32,000 nt of DNA from Cupriavidus necator (GCF_016127575.1 NZ_CP066019.1:270001-302000); one strand, 5' to 3'; shown: positions 9,253 to 18,740, counted from the first letter of the stretch. The notes: a model not told the origin generated them from the sequence alone. Made by a program: numbers and translations.

Positions 9253-9967
9253 GTTGTCGTCAACGGAGAATCCCGCCCACGAGCTGGCAATATGCCTCGT
9301 GTGCGATGGGTCACCACCCCGTGACTCGGCCAAGCAAGCGCACGGAAAGCGCAATCCGGATGGCGCTTTCCGTTCCGGGGACTTCCCCCTTCTTGTTTTC
9401 AGATCCGTCGGACCTGTGCGGATTTTGCATCTGCCGCATTGGACAGCATAGGCGAACCTGACGCCTCGTTACAGAGGAATTCCTTTTCTTGACGTCCTCG
9501 TCCTACGGCCAGGGAGACCAGCCCGGGCGCTGTTGTCATCCTGATTCAATCGCTTTAGGACCCGCCTGGCCTTGTCCTCGCAATCTTCACCTTCCCTGTT
9601 GCCGTTGATCTCGTCGATCAGTGCGCCCGCGCTGCGGTCGATCACCTGGAGGAACAAGATGCCGGGCTCCCTGGCCAATGGCCGTCGTCAAATTCCAGCT
9701 CAAACGGCTCAGCGAGGGGCGTGTCACGGATCCACGCATCTCGCCCCTCACGGCGCCAGTGTTGCAGCACCTCGTGCCAGACGCGGCGCTATCGCGGATA
9801 GACGACGCAGAGGGCCGGTGCTCGGCATGTCGCAGGACACAATGGAGTGACCTGCGGTGCCTTTTCTGAACCCGCTACCTGCCAGTATTCTGTCTCGATG
9901 TGATCCTTTCGATCAAATAAATGATTGAACTAGTCAAATTCAGTCAGCTGCACTACACTCTGATGAT

Positions 9968-9988
9968 ATTTGATCGATTCGATCAAAT
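9968..9988. promoter_or_regulatory. 21-bp inverted repeat ATTTGATCGA-T-TCGATCAAAT upstream of kdgT; candidate operator for the DeoR regulator of the cluster
   Basis: The two 10-bp arms are perfect and were read directly. The repeat lies 48 bp upstream of the kdgT ATG in an AT-rich stretch. The half-site TCGATCAAAT recurs at 9909..9918, and TCGAT recurs again at 9895. Confidence 0.4.
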
Positions 9989-10036
9989 GTTTGCTCGAAA
10001 CATACAAGGCCGCATCCTCAGCGGCAGGAGACAACC

Positions 10037-11020
10037 ATGCAGATTTCTATCAAACGCGCCATCGAGCGCGTGCCCGGCGGCATGATGATCGTGCCGCTGC
10101 TGATCGGTTCGCTCGTTGCCACGTTCGCGCCGGATGGGCCGAAGTTTTTTGGATCGTTTACCGGCGCGCTTTTTACCGGTGCCCTGCCCATCCTCGCGGT
10201 GTTCTATGTCTGCATGGGGGCAAGCATCAACATCAAAGCCACGCCTTACATTCTCAAGAAGGGCGGCGTGTTGTTCGGCACCAAGGTCGGCACGGCAATG
10301 GTGTTGGGCGTGATCATGGGGCACTTCCTGGGCGAGGCGCCGATCAGTGCCGGGATGTTTGCCGGCCTGTCGACGCTTGCCGTGGTGGCCGCGATGAACG
10401 ACACCAACGGCGGCCTGTACATGGCGCTGATGGGCCAGTACGGCAAGCCTGAAGACGTGGGCGCCTACAGCATCATGTCGCTCGAGTCCGGCCCGTTCCT
10501 GACGATGGTGACGCTGGGCGTGGCGGGTTTGTCCGCGTTCCCATGGCCGACGATGGTCGGCAGCATTCTTCCGCTCATGCTCGGCATGTTGCTGGGCAAC
10601 CTGGATCGGGAGATGCGCGATTTCCTGGGTAAGGCCGTGCCGGTCATGATTCCCTTTTTCGCACTGGCGCTGGGCGCAGGCCTGGACCTGCACAAGGTCT
10701 GGCAGGCGGGCATGCTGGGCCTCGGCCTTGGTGTTGCCGTGGTGGCCGTCACCGGCTGCGCGCTGTACTTCGCTGACCGCCTCACCGGCGGCACGGGTGT
10801 GGCAGGTGTCGCAGCCGCCAGCACCGCCGGCAATGCCGCCGCCGTGCCGACGCTGGTAGCGGCGGCTAATCCGGTCTACGCAGAATCGGCCAAGAGCGCC
10901 ACGATCCTGGTGGCCGCCTGCGTGGTGGTCACCGCCGTACTGACGCCATTGGTGACCGCCTGGATTGCCCGCCGCGTGGCGGGCAAGGAGGCCGAGGCGT
11001 TGGTGAGGACCGCCGCATGA
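10037..11020 (+). CDS. kdgT: KdgT-family (2-keto-3-deoxygluconate permease family) acid-sugar transporter
   Basis: The N-terminus is [32 protein letters not shown], and about 10 TM segments are characteristic of KdgT. An AGGAG RBS lies at 10026..10030. Confidence 0.8.
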   Translation: MQISIKRAIERVPGGMMIVPLLIGSLVATFAPDGPKFFGSFTGALFTGALPILAVFYVCMGASINIKATPYILKKGGVLFGTKVGTAMVLGVIMGHFLGEAPISAGMFAGLSTLAVVAAMNDTNGGLYMALMGQYGKPEDVGAYSIMSLESGPFLTMVTLGVAGLSAFPWPTMVGSILPLMLGMLLGNLDREMRDFLGKAVPVMIPFFALALGAGLDLHKVWQAGMLGLGLGVAVVAVTGCALYFADRLTGGTGVAGVAAASTAGNAAAVPTLVAAANPVYAESAKSATILVAACVVVTAVLTPLVTAWIARRVAGKEAEALVRTAA

Positions 11021-12264
11021 GCTGGCTTATCATCGCCGACGACCTGTCAGGCGCTGCAGACTGCGCGATCGGCTACGCCATGTCTGGCGCCCGGACCGTT
11101 GTAACGCTGGAGGCGGCGCCTGCGGGCGCGGACCTGTCGCAGGCCGACGTAGTGGCTTGCGACGTCGACAGCCGCCGCATGGCGCCCCAGGAGGCGGCGG
11201 CGCGCAATCTCGAAGCCTGGCATCGCGGCCAGGGCGCCAGCCGGCGGCTGTACAAGAAGATCGATTCCACGTTGCGAGGCAACTGGGCTGCCGAAACCGC
11301 GGCGCTGGCGCCGCTGGCCGGCCTTGCCATCGTCGCGCCGGCCTTTCCGGCCACTGGCCGCACCACGGCCGGCGGCTGCATGTTCGTGAACGGCCAGCCG
11401 CTGGAAGACTCCGACATCTGGCGCCTGGAAGCGCTTACCGGACGTGCCGACCTTGTCGCGCTGCTGGCCGCGCGGGGGCTGCGGGCGACCCTGTTGCCGC
11501 TGGACACGGTGCGTGCGGGTGACGCGACCCTGCGGCTAACCATCGCCGGACTGGCGCGCGAAGGTGTGCGGGCGGTAGTCTGCGATGCGCAGACGGAGCA
11601 AGACCTGGCGGCGCTCGCCGCGGCCACGGCGCAGCTCGACGTCCCCGCATTCTGGGTCGGCTCGGGCGGCCTGGCTCGTGCGCTGGCTGCACCATGCCTG
11701 TTCGAGGGCGGTGCGCCGCAGCCGCTGCCTGCCCCTGAGGGCGGCCCGGTCTTGACGCTGGTCGGCAGCCTCTCGGGCATCTCCGGGCGACAGGCCGCTT
11801 GCCTGCGCGAACGCACCGGGATGCAGTCGCTGGTGGTTCCGCCGCGGATCTTGCGTGAAGGCGCGGGCCACGCTGACTGGGACGCCGCGCAGCAATCGAT
11901 CACCGGATGCCTGCGGGCTGGCCGCGACCTGCTGGTCAGCATTGGTCGCGACGACGCGTTCGACCCGGGCGAAGGGCCGCGCCTGAGCGCCGCGCTGGCG
12001 CAATTGTCCCTGCCCGGCTTCCAGCATACGCGCGGCCTGATCGCCACCGGCGGCGAGACGGCCCGGGCCATGCTCTCGGCGGCCGGCATCGGCGCCCTGA
12101 TGCTGCGGCGCGAAGTCGAGCCCGGTGTGCCGTTGTCCGACACCCCTGCGCTGCCCGGCGTGCCCGCGCGCCGCGTTGCTACCAAGGCCGGCGCATTCGG
12201 CTCCGAGGCCGCCCTGTGGCATGCCTGGCAGGCTATGACTGAATCCCGCGCGCCGTCAGCCTGA
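11017..12264 (+). CDS. Four-carbon acid sugar kinase family protein (DUF1537; DtnK/OtnK type)
   Basis: The N-terminal signature is [17 protein letters not shown], and the C-terminal nucleotide-binding part contains [10 protein letters not shown]. Its start overlaps the kdgT stop (ATGA at 11017..11020). Confidence 0.8.
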   Translation: MSWLIIADDLSGAADCAIGYAMSGARTVVTLEAAPAGADLSQADVVACDVDSRRMAPQEAAARNLEAWHRGQGASRRLYKKIDSTLRGNWAAETAALAPLAGLAIVAPAFPATGRTTAGGCMFVNGQPLEDSDIWRLEALTGRADLVALLAARGLRATLLPLDTVRAGDATLRLTIAGLAREGVRAVVCDAQTEQDLAALAAATAQLDVPAFWVGSGGLARALAAPCLFEGGAPQPLPAPEGGPVLTLVGSLSGISGRQAACLRERTGMQSLVVPPRILREGAGHADWDAAQQSITGCLRAGRDLLVSIGRDDAFDPGEGPRLSAALAQLSLPGFQHTRGLIATGGETARAMLSAAGIGALMLRREVEPGVPLSDTPALPGVPARRVATKAGAFGSEAALWHAWQAMTESRAPSA

Positions 12265-12272
12265 CGGCGCGC
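12248..12272 (+). other. Perfect 11-bp GC-rich hairpin (GCGCGCCGTCA-GCC-TGACGGCGCGC) spanning the kinase stop codon
   Basis: The hairpin was read directly, and all 11 pairs are Watson-Crick with a 3-nt loop. The kinase TGA (12262..12264) lies in the 3-prime arm. No T-tract follows, so it is not a canonical terminator. Confidence 0.5.
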
Positions 12273-12300
12273 CGCGCCACACTCGACAAGAGACACATCA

Positions 12301-13302
12301 ATGAGCGACTACCTCCCCGTCATCGGTATCACCATGGGCGATGCCACAGGCATCGGCCCCGAAGTCATCGTCAAGAGCCTCGCGCATGACAGCGTTCGTG
12401 CGCAATGCCGCCCGCTCGTCATCGGCGACGTGCGCCGGCTGGAAGTGGCCGGCCGGCTCGTCGGCTCCCCGCTCAAGCTGCGCGCCATCCAGGCCCCGGA
12501 GGAAGCGCGCTTCCAGTCCGGCACCATCGACTGCATCGACCTGGGCCTGATCCCGGAAGGCCTGCCCTTCGGCAAGCTGTCCGCCGTCGCCGGTGATGCC
12601 GCCTTCCGCTACATCGAGCGCGCGGTGGCGCTCACCCGCGACGAGAAGATCGATGCGATCTGCACAGCGCCGCTGAACAAGGAAGCCCTGCACGCGGGGG
12701 GTCACAAGTTTCCCGGCCACACGGAAATGCTGGCGTACCTGACCGGCACCCCGGAGGTGTCGATGATGCTGGTGGCGCCGAAGCTGCGCGTGATCCACGT
12801 CACCACGCACATCGGCCTGCTCGACGCCATCCGCAAGATCGAGCCGGGGCTGGTCCAGCGCACCATTGAGCGCGGCCATCAGACGCTGCAGCGCGCTGGC
12901 ATTGCAGCGCCGCGTATCGGCGTGTGCGGCATCAATCCGCACGCCGGCGAGAACGGCCTGTTCGGCCACGGCGAGGAGGAGGAAAAAATCATCCCGGCGG
13001 TCGAGGCCTTGCGCGCGCGCGGCCGGGACGTGGAAGGTCCGCTGCCCGCCGACACGCTGTTCTATCGCGCCGGCCGCGGCGACTTCGATCTGGTGGTGGC
13101 GATGTACCACGACCAGGGCCACGGGCCGGTCAAGGTGCTCGGCCTGGAGGCCGGCGTCAACATCACGGTGGGCCTGCCGGTCATCCGCACGTCGGTTGAT
13201 CACGGCACCGCCTTCGACATCGCCGGCAAGGGGATCGCCGACGAACGCAGCCTGCTGGAGGCGCTGCGCCAGGGCGCTGAGCTGGCCACGCGCCGCGCCT
13301 GA
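12301..13302 (+). CDS. pdxA2: PdxA-family NAD-dependent 4-phospho-hydroxyacid dehydrogenase (PdxA2-type, e.g. 4-phospho-D-threonate dehydrogenase, decarboxylating)
   Basis: PdxA motifs are present: GHTEMLA, INPHAGENGLFG, MYHDQGH and IRTSVDHGTAFDIAGKGIAD. The gene sits next to the DUF1537 kinase. Confidence 0.8.
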   Translation: MSDYLPVIGITMGDATGIGPEVIVKSLAHDSVRAQCRPLVIGDVRRLEVAGRLVGSPLKLRAIQAPEEARFQSGTIDCIDLGLIPEGLPFGKLSAVAGDAAFRYIERAVALTRDEKIDAICTAPLNKEALHAGGHKFPGHTEMLAYLTGTPEVSMMLVAPKLRVIHVTTHIGLLDAIRKIEPGLVQRTIERGHQTLQRAGIAAPRIGVCGINPHAGENGLFGHGEEEEKIIPAVEALRARGRDVEGPLPADTLFYRAGRGDFDLVVAMYHDQGHGPVKVLGLEAGVNITVGLPVIRTSVDHGTAFDIAGKGIADERSLLEALRQGAELATRRA

Positions 13303-13342
13303 GCCATCGGCGTACGCCGGGGCTGCCGGCTCCTGTAAGATC

Positions 13343-13373
13343 GGGGATCGTTGAGGATCCCCCATTTTCATTT
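13343..13373 (+). terminator. Terminator-like hairpin GGGGATC-GTTGAG-GATCCCC followed by ATTTTCATTT, between pdxA2 and deoR
   Basis: The stem is a perfect 7 bp (13343..13349 pairing with 13356..13362). The T-rich tract covers 13365..13373 and ends 9 nt before the deoR ATG at 13382. Confidence 0.4.
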
Positions 13374-13381
13374 CGCCTGCC

Positions 13382-14161
13382 ATGAAAGCCGCCGACCGCC
13401 GCCGCGCCATTCTCGAACTCGTGCTCTCGGGCGAGGTCGCCAATGTCGAACAGTTGACCGGCAGCCTCGGGGTATCCGTGGCCACGGTGCGCCGCGATCT
13501 GACCGCGTTGGCTCGCGAGGGTCGCATTGTGCGGACCTATGGCGGCGCCGCCGCGCTGATGCAGGTGGGCGGCCACGAGCCAGAGGCTTCGCTTGAGGAG
13601 CGCAAGTCGCTGCAGCGTGAGCAGAAGGAAGCCATTGCCCGCCTGGCGGCGAGCTTCGTGCAGGACGGCGACGCCGTGCTGCTCGATAGCGGCACCACGG
13701 CCGCCGCGCTGGCTCGGCAGCTGGGGGCGCGCGAGGACCTCCATGTCTATACCACCAACCTGCTGGCCGTCACCGCGCTCACCGGCCTGCCCGGCATCCG
13801 CGTGACGCTGATCGGCGGCGACGTGCGCCCCTCCAGCATGGGCACCTTCGGTCCGCTGGCCCAGGTAACGCTGTCGCGCATCAGCGTCGACAAGGCGTTC
13901 CTTGGCGCGGACGGCGTGGTTGCAGGCGTGGGGCTGTGCGAAGCCAGCGCGGAGCAGGCCTACCTGAAGGAGTGCATCGTCCGCCAGGCGGCCGATATCT
14001 TTGTGCTGGCCGACGCTACCAAGCTGGGCCGGGCACAGCAGCAGCACTGGACGCCGCTCGACCGCGCATGGACGTTGATTACCGATGCGGCGGCCACGGC
14101 CGAGCAGTTGGAACCGTTCCAGGCATTGAAGCAGGTACGTGTGGCGGTCGCCCCCGACTGA
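13382..14161 (+). CDS. DeoR-family transcriptional regulator
   Basis: The HTH_DeoR N-terminus reads RRRAILELVLSGEVANVEQLTGSLGVSVATVRRDLTALAREGRIVRTYGGA. The C-terminal DeoRC sugar-phosphate-binding domain contains LDSGTT and FLGADG. Confidence 0.9.
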   Translation: MKAADRRRAILELVLSGEVANVEQLTGSLGVSVATVRRDLTALAREGRIVRTYGGAAALMQVGGHEPEASLEERKSLQREQKEAIARLAASFVQDGDAVLLDSGTTAAALARQLGAREDLHVYTTNLLAVTALTGLPGIRVTLIGGDVRPSSMGTFGPLAQVTLSRISVDKAFLGADGVVAGVGLCEASAEQAYLKECIVRQAADIFVLADATKLGRAQQQHWTPLDRAWTLITDAAATAEQLEPFQALKQVRVAVAPD

Positions 14162-14214
14162 TTCCCCGCGCGCAGCTGCTGCTGAGAAGCGCTAATTCTG
14201 CGAGCGACGCCCCG

Positions 14215-15771
14215 TCAGGTGATCGCGCCAAGCTGCCAGGGAACGAACTCGTTCTGGCCGTAACCGTGCAGTTCGCTCTTTGACCGCTGTCCCGAAGCCG
14301 TCGCCAGCATCAGGCGGAAGATCTCTTCCCCAAGCTCGTCGATCGTCTGCGAGCCATCGATCACGGTGCCGCAGTTGATGTCGATATCCTCCTGCTGGCG
14401 CTGCCACAAGGCAGTATTGGTGCCGAGCTTCAGGGACGGGGACGGTGCACAGCCATAGGCGGAGCCGCGCCCGGTGGTAAAGCAGATCAGGTTGGCGCCG
14501 CCGGCCACCTGCCCGGTCGCCGAGACCGGATCGTAGCCAGGGGTGTCCATGAAGACCAGGCCAGCCGCCTCCACCGGCTCTGCGTAGCGGTATACGTCGA
14601 CCAGGTTGGTGGTGCCGCCCTTTGCCACGGCACCGAGCGATTTCTCCAGGATGGTGGTGAGCCCGCCCGCCTTGTTGCCGGCGGACGGGTTGTTGTCCAG
14701 GCTGGCGTTCATGCGCGTGCAGTAGGCTTCCCACCAGCGGATCCGGTCGAGCAGCTTGTGCCCGACTTCCGGCGAGACGGCACGGCGCGTCAGCAAATGC
14801 TCGGCGCCATAGATCTCCGGCGTCTCCGACAGGATGGCGGTACCCCCGTGCGCCACCAGCCGGTCGACGGCTGCGCCAAGCGCGGGATTGGCGCTGATGC
14901 CGGAATAGCCGTCGGAGCCGCCGCATTGCAGTCCGACCACCAGGTGGCTGGCATCGACGGGCTCGCGTCGCACCCGGTTGGCGTCGGTCAGCATCGCCTT
15001 GATCTGCTCGATGCCTGCCGCCACCGTACGGGCCGTGCCGCCGGTGGCCTGGATGGTCATGGTTTTCAGCGCGGCGCCGCGCGCCAGTCCCTCGCTGTCG
15101 AGCAGGCCGTCGATCTGGTTGGTTTCGCAGCCCAGCCCGACGATCAGCACGGCTGCAAAGTTGGGGTGGCGCGCATAGCCCGACAACGTGAGCCGCAGCA
15201 GCGCCAGGCCTTCGCCTTCGCCATCCACCGCGCAGCCTTGCCCGTGCGTCAGGGCCACTACGCCATCCACGTTCGGGTAGTCTGCCAGCGCATGCGGATT
15301 GAGCTCGCGCCGGAAATGCTCGGCGATGGCGCGTGCCGCGGTGGCCGAGCAATTGACGGAGGTAAGGATGCCGATGTAGTTGCGCGAGCCGACCCGCCCA
15401 TCGGCGCGAACGATGCCCATGAATTGCGCGCGCTGCGCCGCGACCGGGGCAGGGCGCTTACCGGTGCCAAACGCGTAGTCGCGCTCGAACTCGCCGATGG
15501 CCAGGTTGTGGGTGTGGACGTGCTCGCCAGGCGCGACCGGGCGAGTGGTGAAGCCGATGACCTGTCCGTAGCGGCGCACTGGCGCGCCAGCCTCGAGTGC
15601 GCGCACTGCCAGCTTGTGCCCTGCGGGCACCAGGCCGCGTACCACCAGGCCTGCGCCGAGGCGCGCGCCTGCCACCAGTTGCGCACGCGCGATGACGACA
15701 TCGTCATCCGGATGCAGCCGTATGACGGGTTCGGCGGCGGTTGCTGCTTCCTGTTCCAGGACGACGCTCAT
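14215..15771 (-). CDS. UxaA/GarD-family (altronate/galactarate dehydratase family) sugar-acid dehydratase
   Basis: The N-terminal SAF domain reads IRLHPDDDVVIARAQL...GHKLAVRAL, followed by a large GD_AH_C domain. The ATG at 15771 overlaps the TGA of the upstream aldehyde dehydrogenase (ATGA at 15768..15771). The track ORF extends to 15849. Confidence 0.8.
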   Translation of the reverse strand: MSVVLEQEAATAAEPVIRLHPDDDVVIARAQLVAGARLGAGLVVRGLVPAGHKLAVRALEAGAPVRRYGQVIGFTTRPVAPGEHVHTHNLAIGEFERDYAFGTGKRPAPVAAQRAQFMGIVRADGRVGSRNYIGILTSVNCSATAARAIAEHFRRELNPHALADYPNVDGVVALTHGQGCAVDGEGEGLALLRLTLSGYARHPNFAAVLIVGLGCETNQIDGLLDSEGLARGAALKTMTIQATGGTARTVAAGIEQIKAMLTDANRVRREPVDASHLVVGLQCGGSDGYSGISANPALGAAVDRLVAHGGTAILSETPEIYGAEHLLTRRAVSPEVGHKLLDRIRWWEAYCTRMNASLDNNPSAGNKAGGLTTILEKSLGAVAKGGTTNLVDVYRYAEPVEAAGLVFMDTPGYDPVSATGQVAGGANLICFTTGRGSAYGCAPSPSLKLGTNTALWQRQQEDIDINCGTVIDGSQTIDELGEEIFRLMLATASGQRSKSELHGYGQNEFVPWQLGAIT

Positions 15772-17372
15772 GCTGCGGCCTCCAGATCGTGCGCGCCTTG
15801 CAGCGCGGCGCGTGTCGGCACGCCGTCGACCAGGCGCGGCAGCTGCCACGGGTTACGGTCGCGCAAGGCCGGTGGGAGCACGGAATCGGGATAGTTCTGG
15901 TAGCACACCGGGCGCAGGAAGCGCTCGATGGCAGCGCTGCCGACGGAGGTGCCGCGCGCATCGGTGGTAGCCGGGTAGGGGCCACCGTGGACGATGGCGT
16001 CGCTGACCTCCACGCCGGTCGGATAACCGTTGAAGAGCAAACGGCCGACCTTGCTTTCCAATAGCTCGATCAGCGCGGCGTGGTGATGGAGGTCACCGTC
16101 GTCGGCCATCAGCGTGGCCGTAAGCTGGCCGCGCATCCGTTCGGCAAAGGCCAGGAAGTCATTTTCGGAATCCAGCGCGACGATCACCGTCGACGGGCCG
16201 AATACCTCCTCCTCCAGCGGACGATTTTCCGCAAACAGCACGCTGCGATCTGCCTTCAGCAGATGTCCGCCAATGCGGCCGTCAGCTTGCTTTGACACCA
16301 GGACTTCCACGCCGGGGACTTCGCGCAAGCCGGCCAGCCCGCGCTGGAAATTCTCCCGGATGTCGGCGCCCAGCATGGGCTGCGGTTCGGCCAGCGCCAG
16401 TGCCGTGCCAAGTTCGGCGACGAACGCATCGAATGCCGGTGAGCGGATGCCAAGCACCACCCCCGGGTTGGTGCAGAGCTGGCCGCAGCCGAAGGTGACC
16501 GAGGCCGCCAGTTCGCGCGCAATCTGCGCGCCGCGCGCGGACAGTGCCGAGGGCATCAGGATCACCGGGTTCACGCTCGACATCTCCGCAAACACCGGAA
16601 TCGGATCCGGCCTCGAGTGCGCCAGATCGAACAAAGCCCGGCCCGCAGCCAGTGATCCGGTAAAGCCTACTGCCTTGATGTGCGGCGTCCGTACCAGTGC
16701 CGCCCCGGCGGCTGCGGTGCCGAACACCATGTTGAAGACGCCCGCCTGCGCACCGCAGCGCGCGATCGCGCGTTCGATCGCATTGGCAACGTATTCAGAC
16801 GTGACCATGTGGCCCGGATGCGCCTTCACCACCACCGGGCAGCCTGCTGCCAGCGCCGAAGCCGTGTCGCCGCCGGCCACCGAGAATGCGAGCGGGAAAT
16901 TGCCTGCGCCGAAGACCGCCACCGGACCCACGCCGACGCGGTACTGCCGCAGGTCGGGTCGCGGCAGCGGCTGGCGCGCAGGCTGCGCGCGGTCGATGCG
17001 GACATCGAGGAAGTCGCCGCGCCGTACCGTGGCCGCGAACATGCGCAGCTGATTGCTGGTGCGCTTGCGCTCGCCTTCCAGCCGCGCCGGCGGCAGGGCG
17101 GTCTCGCGGCTGGCCGCCGCGATGAACGCCTGGTCCAGCGCATCGATTTCATCGGCAATGGTCTCCAGCAGCGCGGCGCGTTCGGCCGGGCTGGTGGCGC
17201 GCAATGCGGGGAAGGCCTGGTGCGCGGCCAGCGCGGCTGCTGTAACTTCGGCTTCGGTGGCTTCCTGGAAGCTGACCGGGTGCCGCTCGCCGGTCACGGC
17301 GTCGATGCTGAACAGCGGGGTGCCGGCAGCACGGCGTTCGCCGCCGATGTAGTGAAGTCCGAGGATGGTCAT
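15768..17372 (-). CDS. NADP-dependent aldehyde dehydrogenase, alpha-ketoglutaric semialdehyde (2,5-dioxovalerate) dehydrogenase type
   Basis: The protein is 534 aa with an Aldedh fold. It contains FTGS, the catalytic region GQLCTNPG and EEVFGPS. Its length and N-terminus (MTILGLHYIGGERRA) are typical of KGSADH-type enzymes. Confidence 0.75.
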   Translation of the reverse strand: MTILGLHYIGGERRAAGTPLFSIDAVTGERHPVSFQEATEAEVTAAALAAHQAFPALRATSPAERAALLETIADEIDALDQAFIAAASRETALPPARLEGERKRTSNQLRMFAATVRRGDFLDVRIDRAQPARQPLPRPDLRQYRVGVGPVAVFGAGNFPLAFSVAGGDTASALAAGCPVVVKAHPGHMVTSEYVANAIERAIARCGAQAGVFNMVFGTAAAGAALVRTPHIKAVGFTGSLAAGRALFDLAHSRPDPIPVFAEMSSVNPVILMPSALSARGAQIARELAASVTFGCGQLCTNPGVVLGIRSPAFDAFVAELGTALALAEPQPMLGADIRENFQRGLAGLREVPGVEVLVSKQADGRIGGHLLKADRSVLFAENRPLEEEVFGPSTVIVALDSENDFLAFAERMRGQLTATLMADDGDLHHHAALIELLESKVGRLLFNGYPTGVEVSDAIVHGGPYPATTDARGTSVGSAAIERFLRPVCYQNYPDSVLPPALRDRNPWQLPRLVDGVPTRAALQGAHDLEAAA

Positions 17373-17408
17373 GTCAGGGTGTTTTGGTGCAGGGAATACG
17401 GGACACAG

Positions 17409-18740
17409 TCAGGCCGCCTCGGAGGAGCCAAGCCGCAATGTCGCGGTGCGGCGGGCCCGTGCGCCGATGCTCATCAGCAGCAGCACACCGACCACGCCCG
17501 CGATGGCCAGGGCCAGCATGCCCGCTTGCTGGCTATGGAATGCGGATTCAACCGCGGTCTTCAGCGTCGGCGCGATAAAGCCACCGAGATTGCCCAGCGC
17601 ACCGATCAGGGCGATGCCGCTGGCCGCGGCGGTGCCACTCAGGTACGCGGTGGGCAGCGTCCAGAACAGCGGCTGGACCACGACAAAGCCGACGGTAGCC
17701 AGGCAGAACGCCATCAGCACGGGCACCAGTTCGTGCCCCAGCGTCGACAGTGCGATGCCGGTGGCCGCCATGGCGAGCATGGCCATGGCGAATTCCCGTT
17801 GCTTGCCCCTGGCATCCGCGATGCCGGTGATCAGGCGCAGGGAAACCAGCGCGCACAGCCACGGAATCGCGGTGAGCAGGCCGACCTTGGCACCGATCGC
17901 TGTGCCGGTCAGCTCGGAAATACGCGTCGGCAGGTAGAAGATGACGCCGTAGACGCTGACCTGGATGGCGAAGTAGATGGCGACGAAACGCAGCACTTGC
18001 CAGTTGCCCAGCGCGCTCAGTGCGGTTGCCGGGCCATGCGCGGTCTTCTGGTTGTCTTCCGCGGCGATAGCGGCTTCGAGCGCAGTCTTCTCGTCGGCGT
18101 TCAGCCACTTGGCATCGCGCGGCTTGCTGACCAGGTAGAAGAAGGCGATCACGCCCACCACGGACGCCGCCAGGCCTTCGATGATGAACATCCATTGCCA
18201 GTTGCGCAGGCCCAGCTGGCCACCCATCACATCGAGCAGCAGCCCCGAGACCGGCCCGCCCAGCACCAGTGCCACCGGCAAGCCGAAGTAGTAGACGCCG
18301 AGCGCCTTGCCGCGCTGGCTGGCAGGGAACCAGTAGGTCGAGTACAGGATCACGCCCGGCGAGAAGCCCGCCTCGGCGACGCCAAGGATAAAGCGCAGCA
18401 CGTAGAACGAGGTCTCGTCATGCGCGAACATCATGGCGGCCGACGCCAGCCCCCAGGTGACCATGATGCGGCTGAGCCAGACCCTGGCGCCGACCCGGTG
18501 CAGGATCAGGTTGCTGGGGATTTCGAAGACGGCATAGCCGATGAAGAAGATGCCGGCGCCAAGCGCATAGGCCGCGTTGCCGATATTGGAATCGACCATC
18601 AGGGCTTGCTTGACGAAGCCGACGTTGGAGCGGTCGAGCATCGACAGCGCGAACATCAGTGCAAGGAAAGGTGCGAGGCGCAGGCGGGCCTTGCTTACCG
18701 CGCTTGCGAGCGGATCTCGGTTGGCAGCTTGAGTCTGCAT
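17409..18740 (-). CDS. MFS transporter (anion:cation symporter type, sugar-acid or carboxylate uptake)
   Basis: About 12 TM segments are present. The N-terminal motif reads LMFALSMLDRSNVGFVKQAL...GYAVFEIPSNLILHRVGAR. The ATG at 18740 is preceded by GGAGA. Confidence 0.85.
   Translation of the reverse strand: MQTQAANRDPLASAVSKARLRLAPFLALMFALSMLDRSNVGFVKQALMVDSNIGNAAYALGAGIFFIGYAVFEIPSNLILHRVGARVWLSRIMVTWGLASAAMMFAHDETSFYVLRFILGVAEAGFSPGVILYSTYWFPASQRGKALGVYYFGLPVALVLGGPVSGLLLDVMGGQLGLRNWQWMFIIEGLAASVVGVIAFFYLVSKPRDAKWLNADEKTALEAAIAAEDNQKTAHGPATALSALGNWQVLRFVAIYFAIQVSVYGVIFYLPTRISELTGTAIGAKVGLLTAIPWLCALVSLRLITGIADARGKQREFAMAMLAMAATGIALSTLGHELVPVLMAFCLATVGFVVVQPLFWTLPTAYLSGTAAASGIALIGALGNLGGFIAPTLKTAVESAFHSQQAGMLALAIAGVVGVLLLMSIGARARRTATLRLGSSEAA

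Noticed and set aside
11073-13527. Minus-strand ORFs of 407 aa (11073..12296) and 409 aa (12298..13527).
   Set aside because: They are antisense to the DUF1537 kinase and PdxA2 genes, which carry clear family motifs. The products are Arg/Ala/Ser-rich with no recognisable domains.
14215-15771. Assignment of the UxaA/GarD-family enzyme as galactarate dehydratase GarD.
   Set aside because: The operon lacks a KdgD-type (DapA-family) 5-keto-4-deoxyglucarate dehydratase/decarboxylase and carries a FAH-family dehydratase instead. I therefore kept a family-level call with an unknown sugar-acid substrate.
14192-15894. Alternative-frame ORFs (14192..15352 minus strand, 14758..15894 plus strand) over the dehydratase gene. 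Similar ORFs at 26180..27217 and 26430..27557 lie over the amidohydrolase and Bug genes.
   Set aside because: They are out of frame or antisense to genes with strong family signatures. Their translations are Arg/Pro/Gly-rich nonsense.
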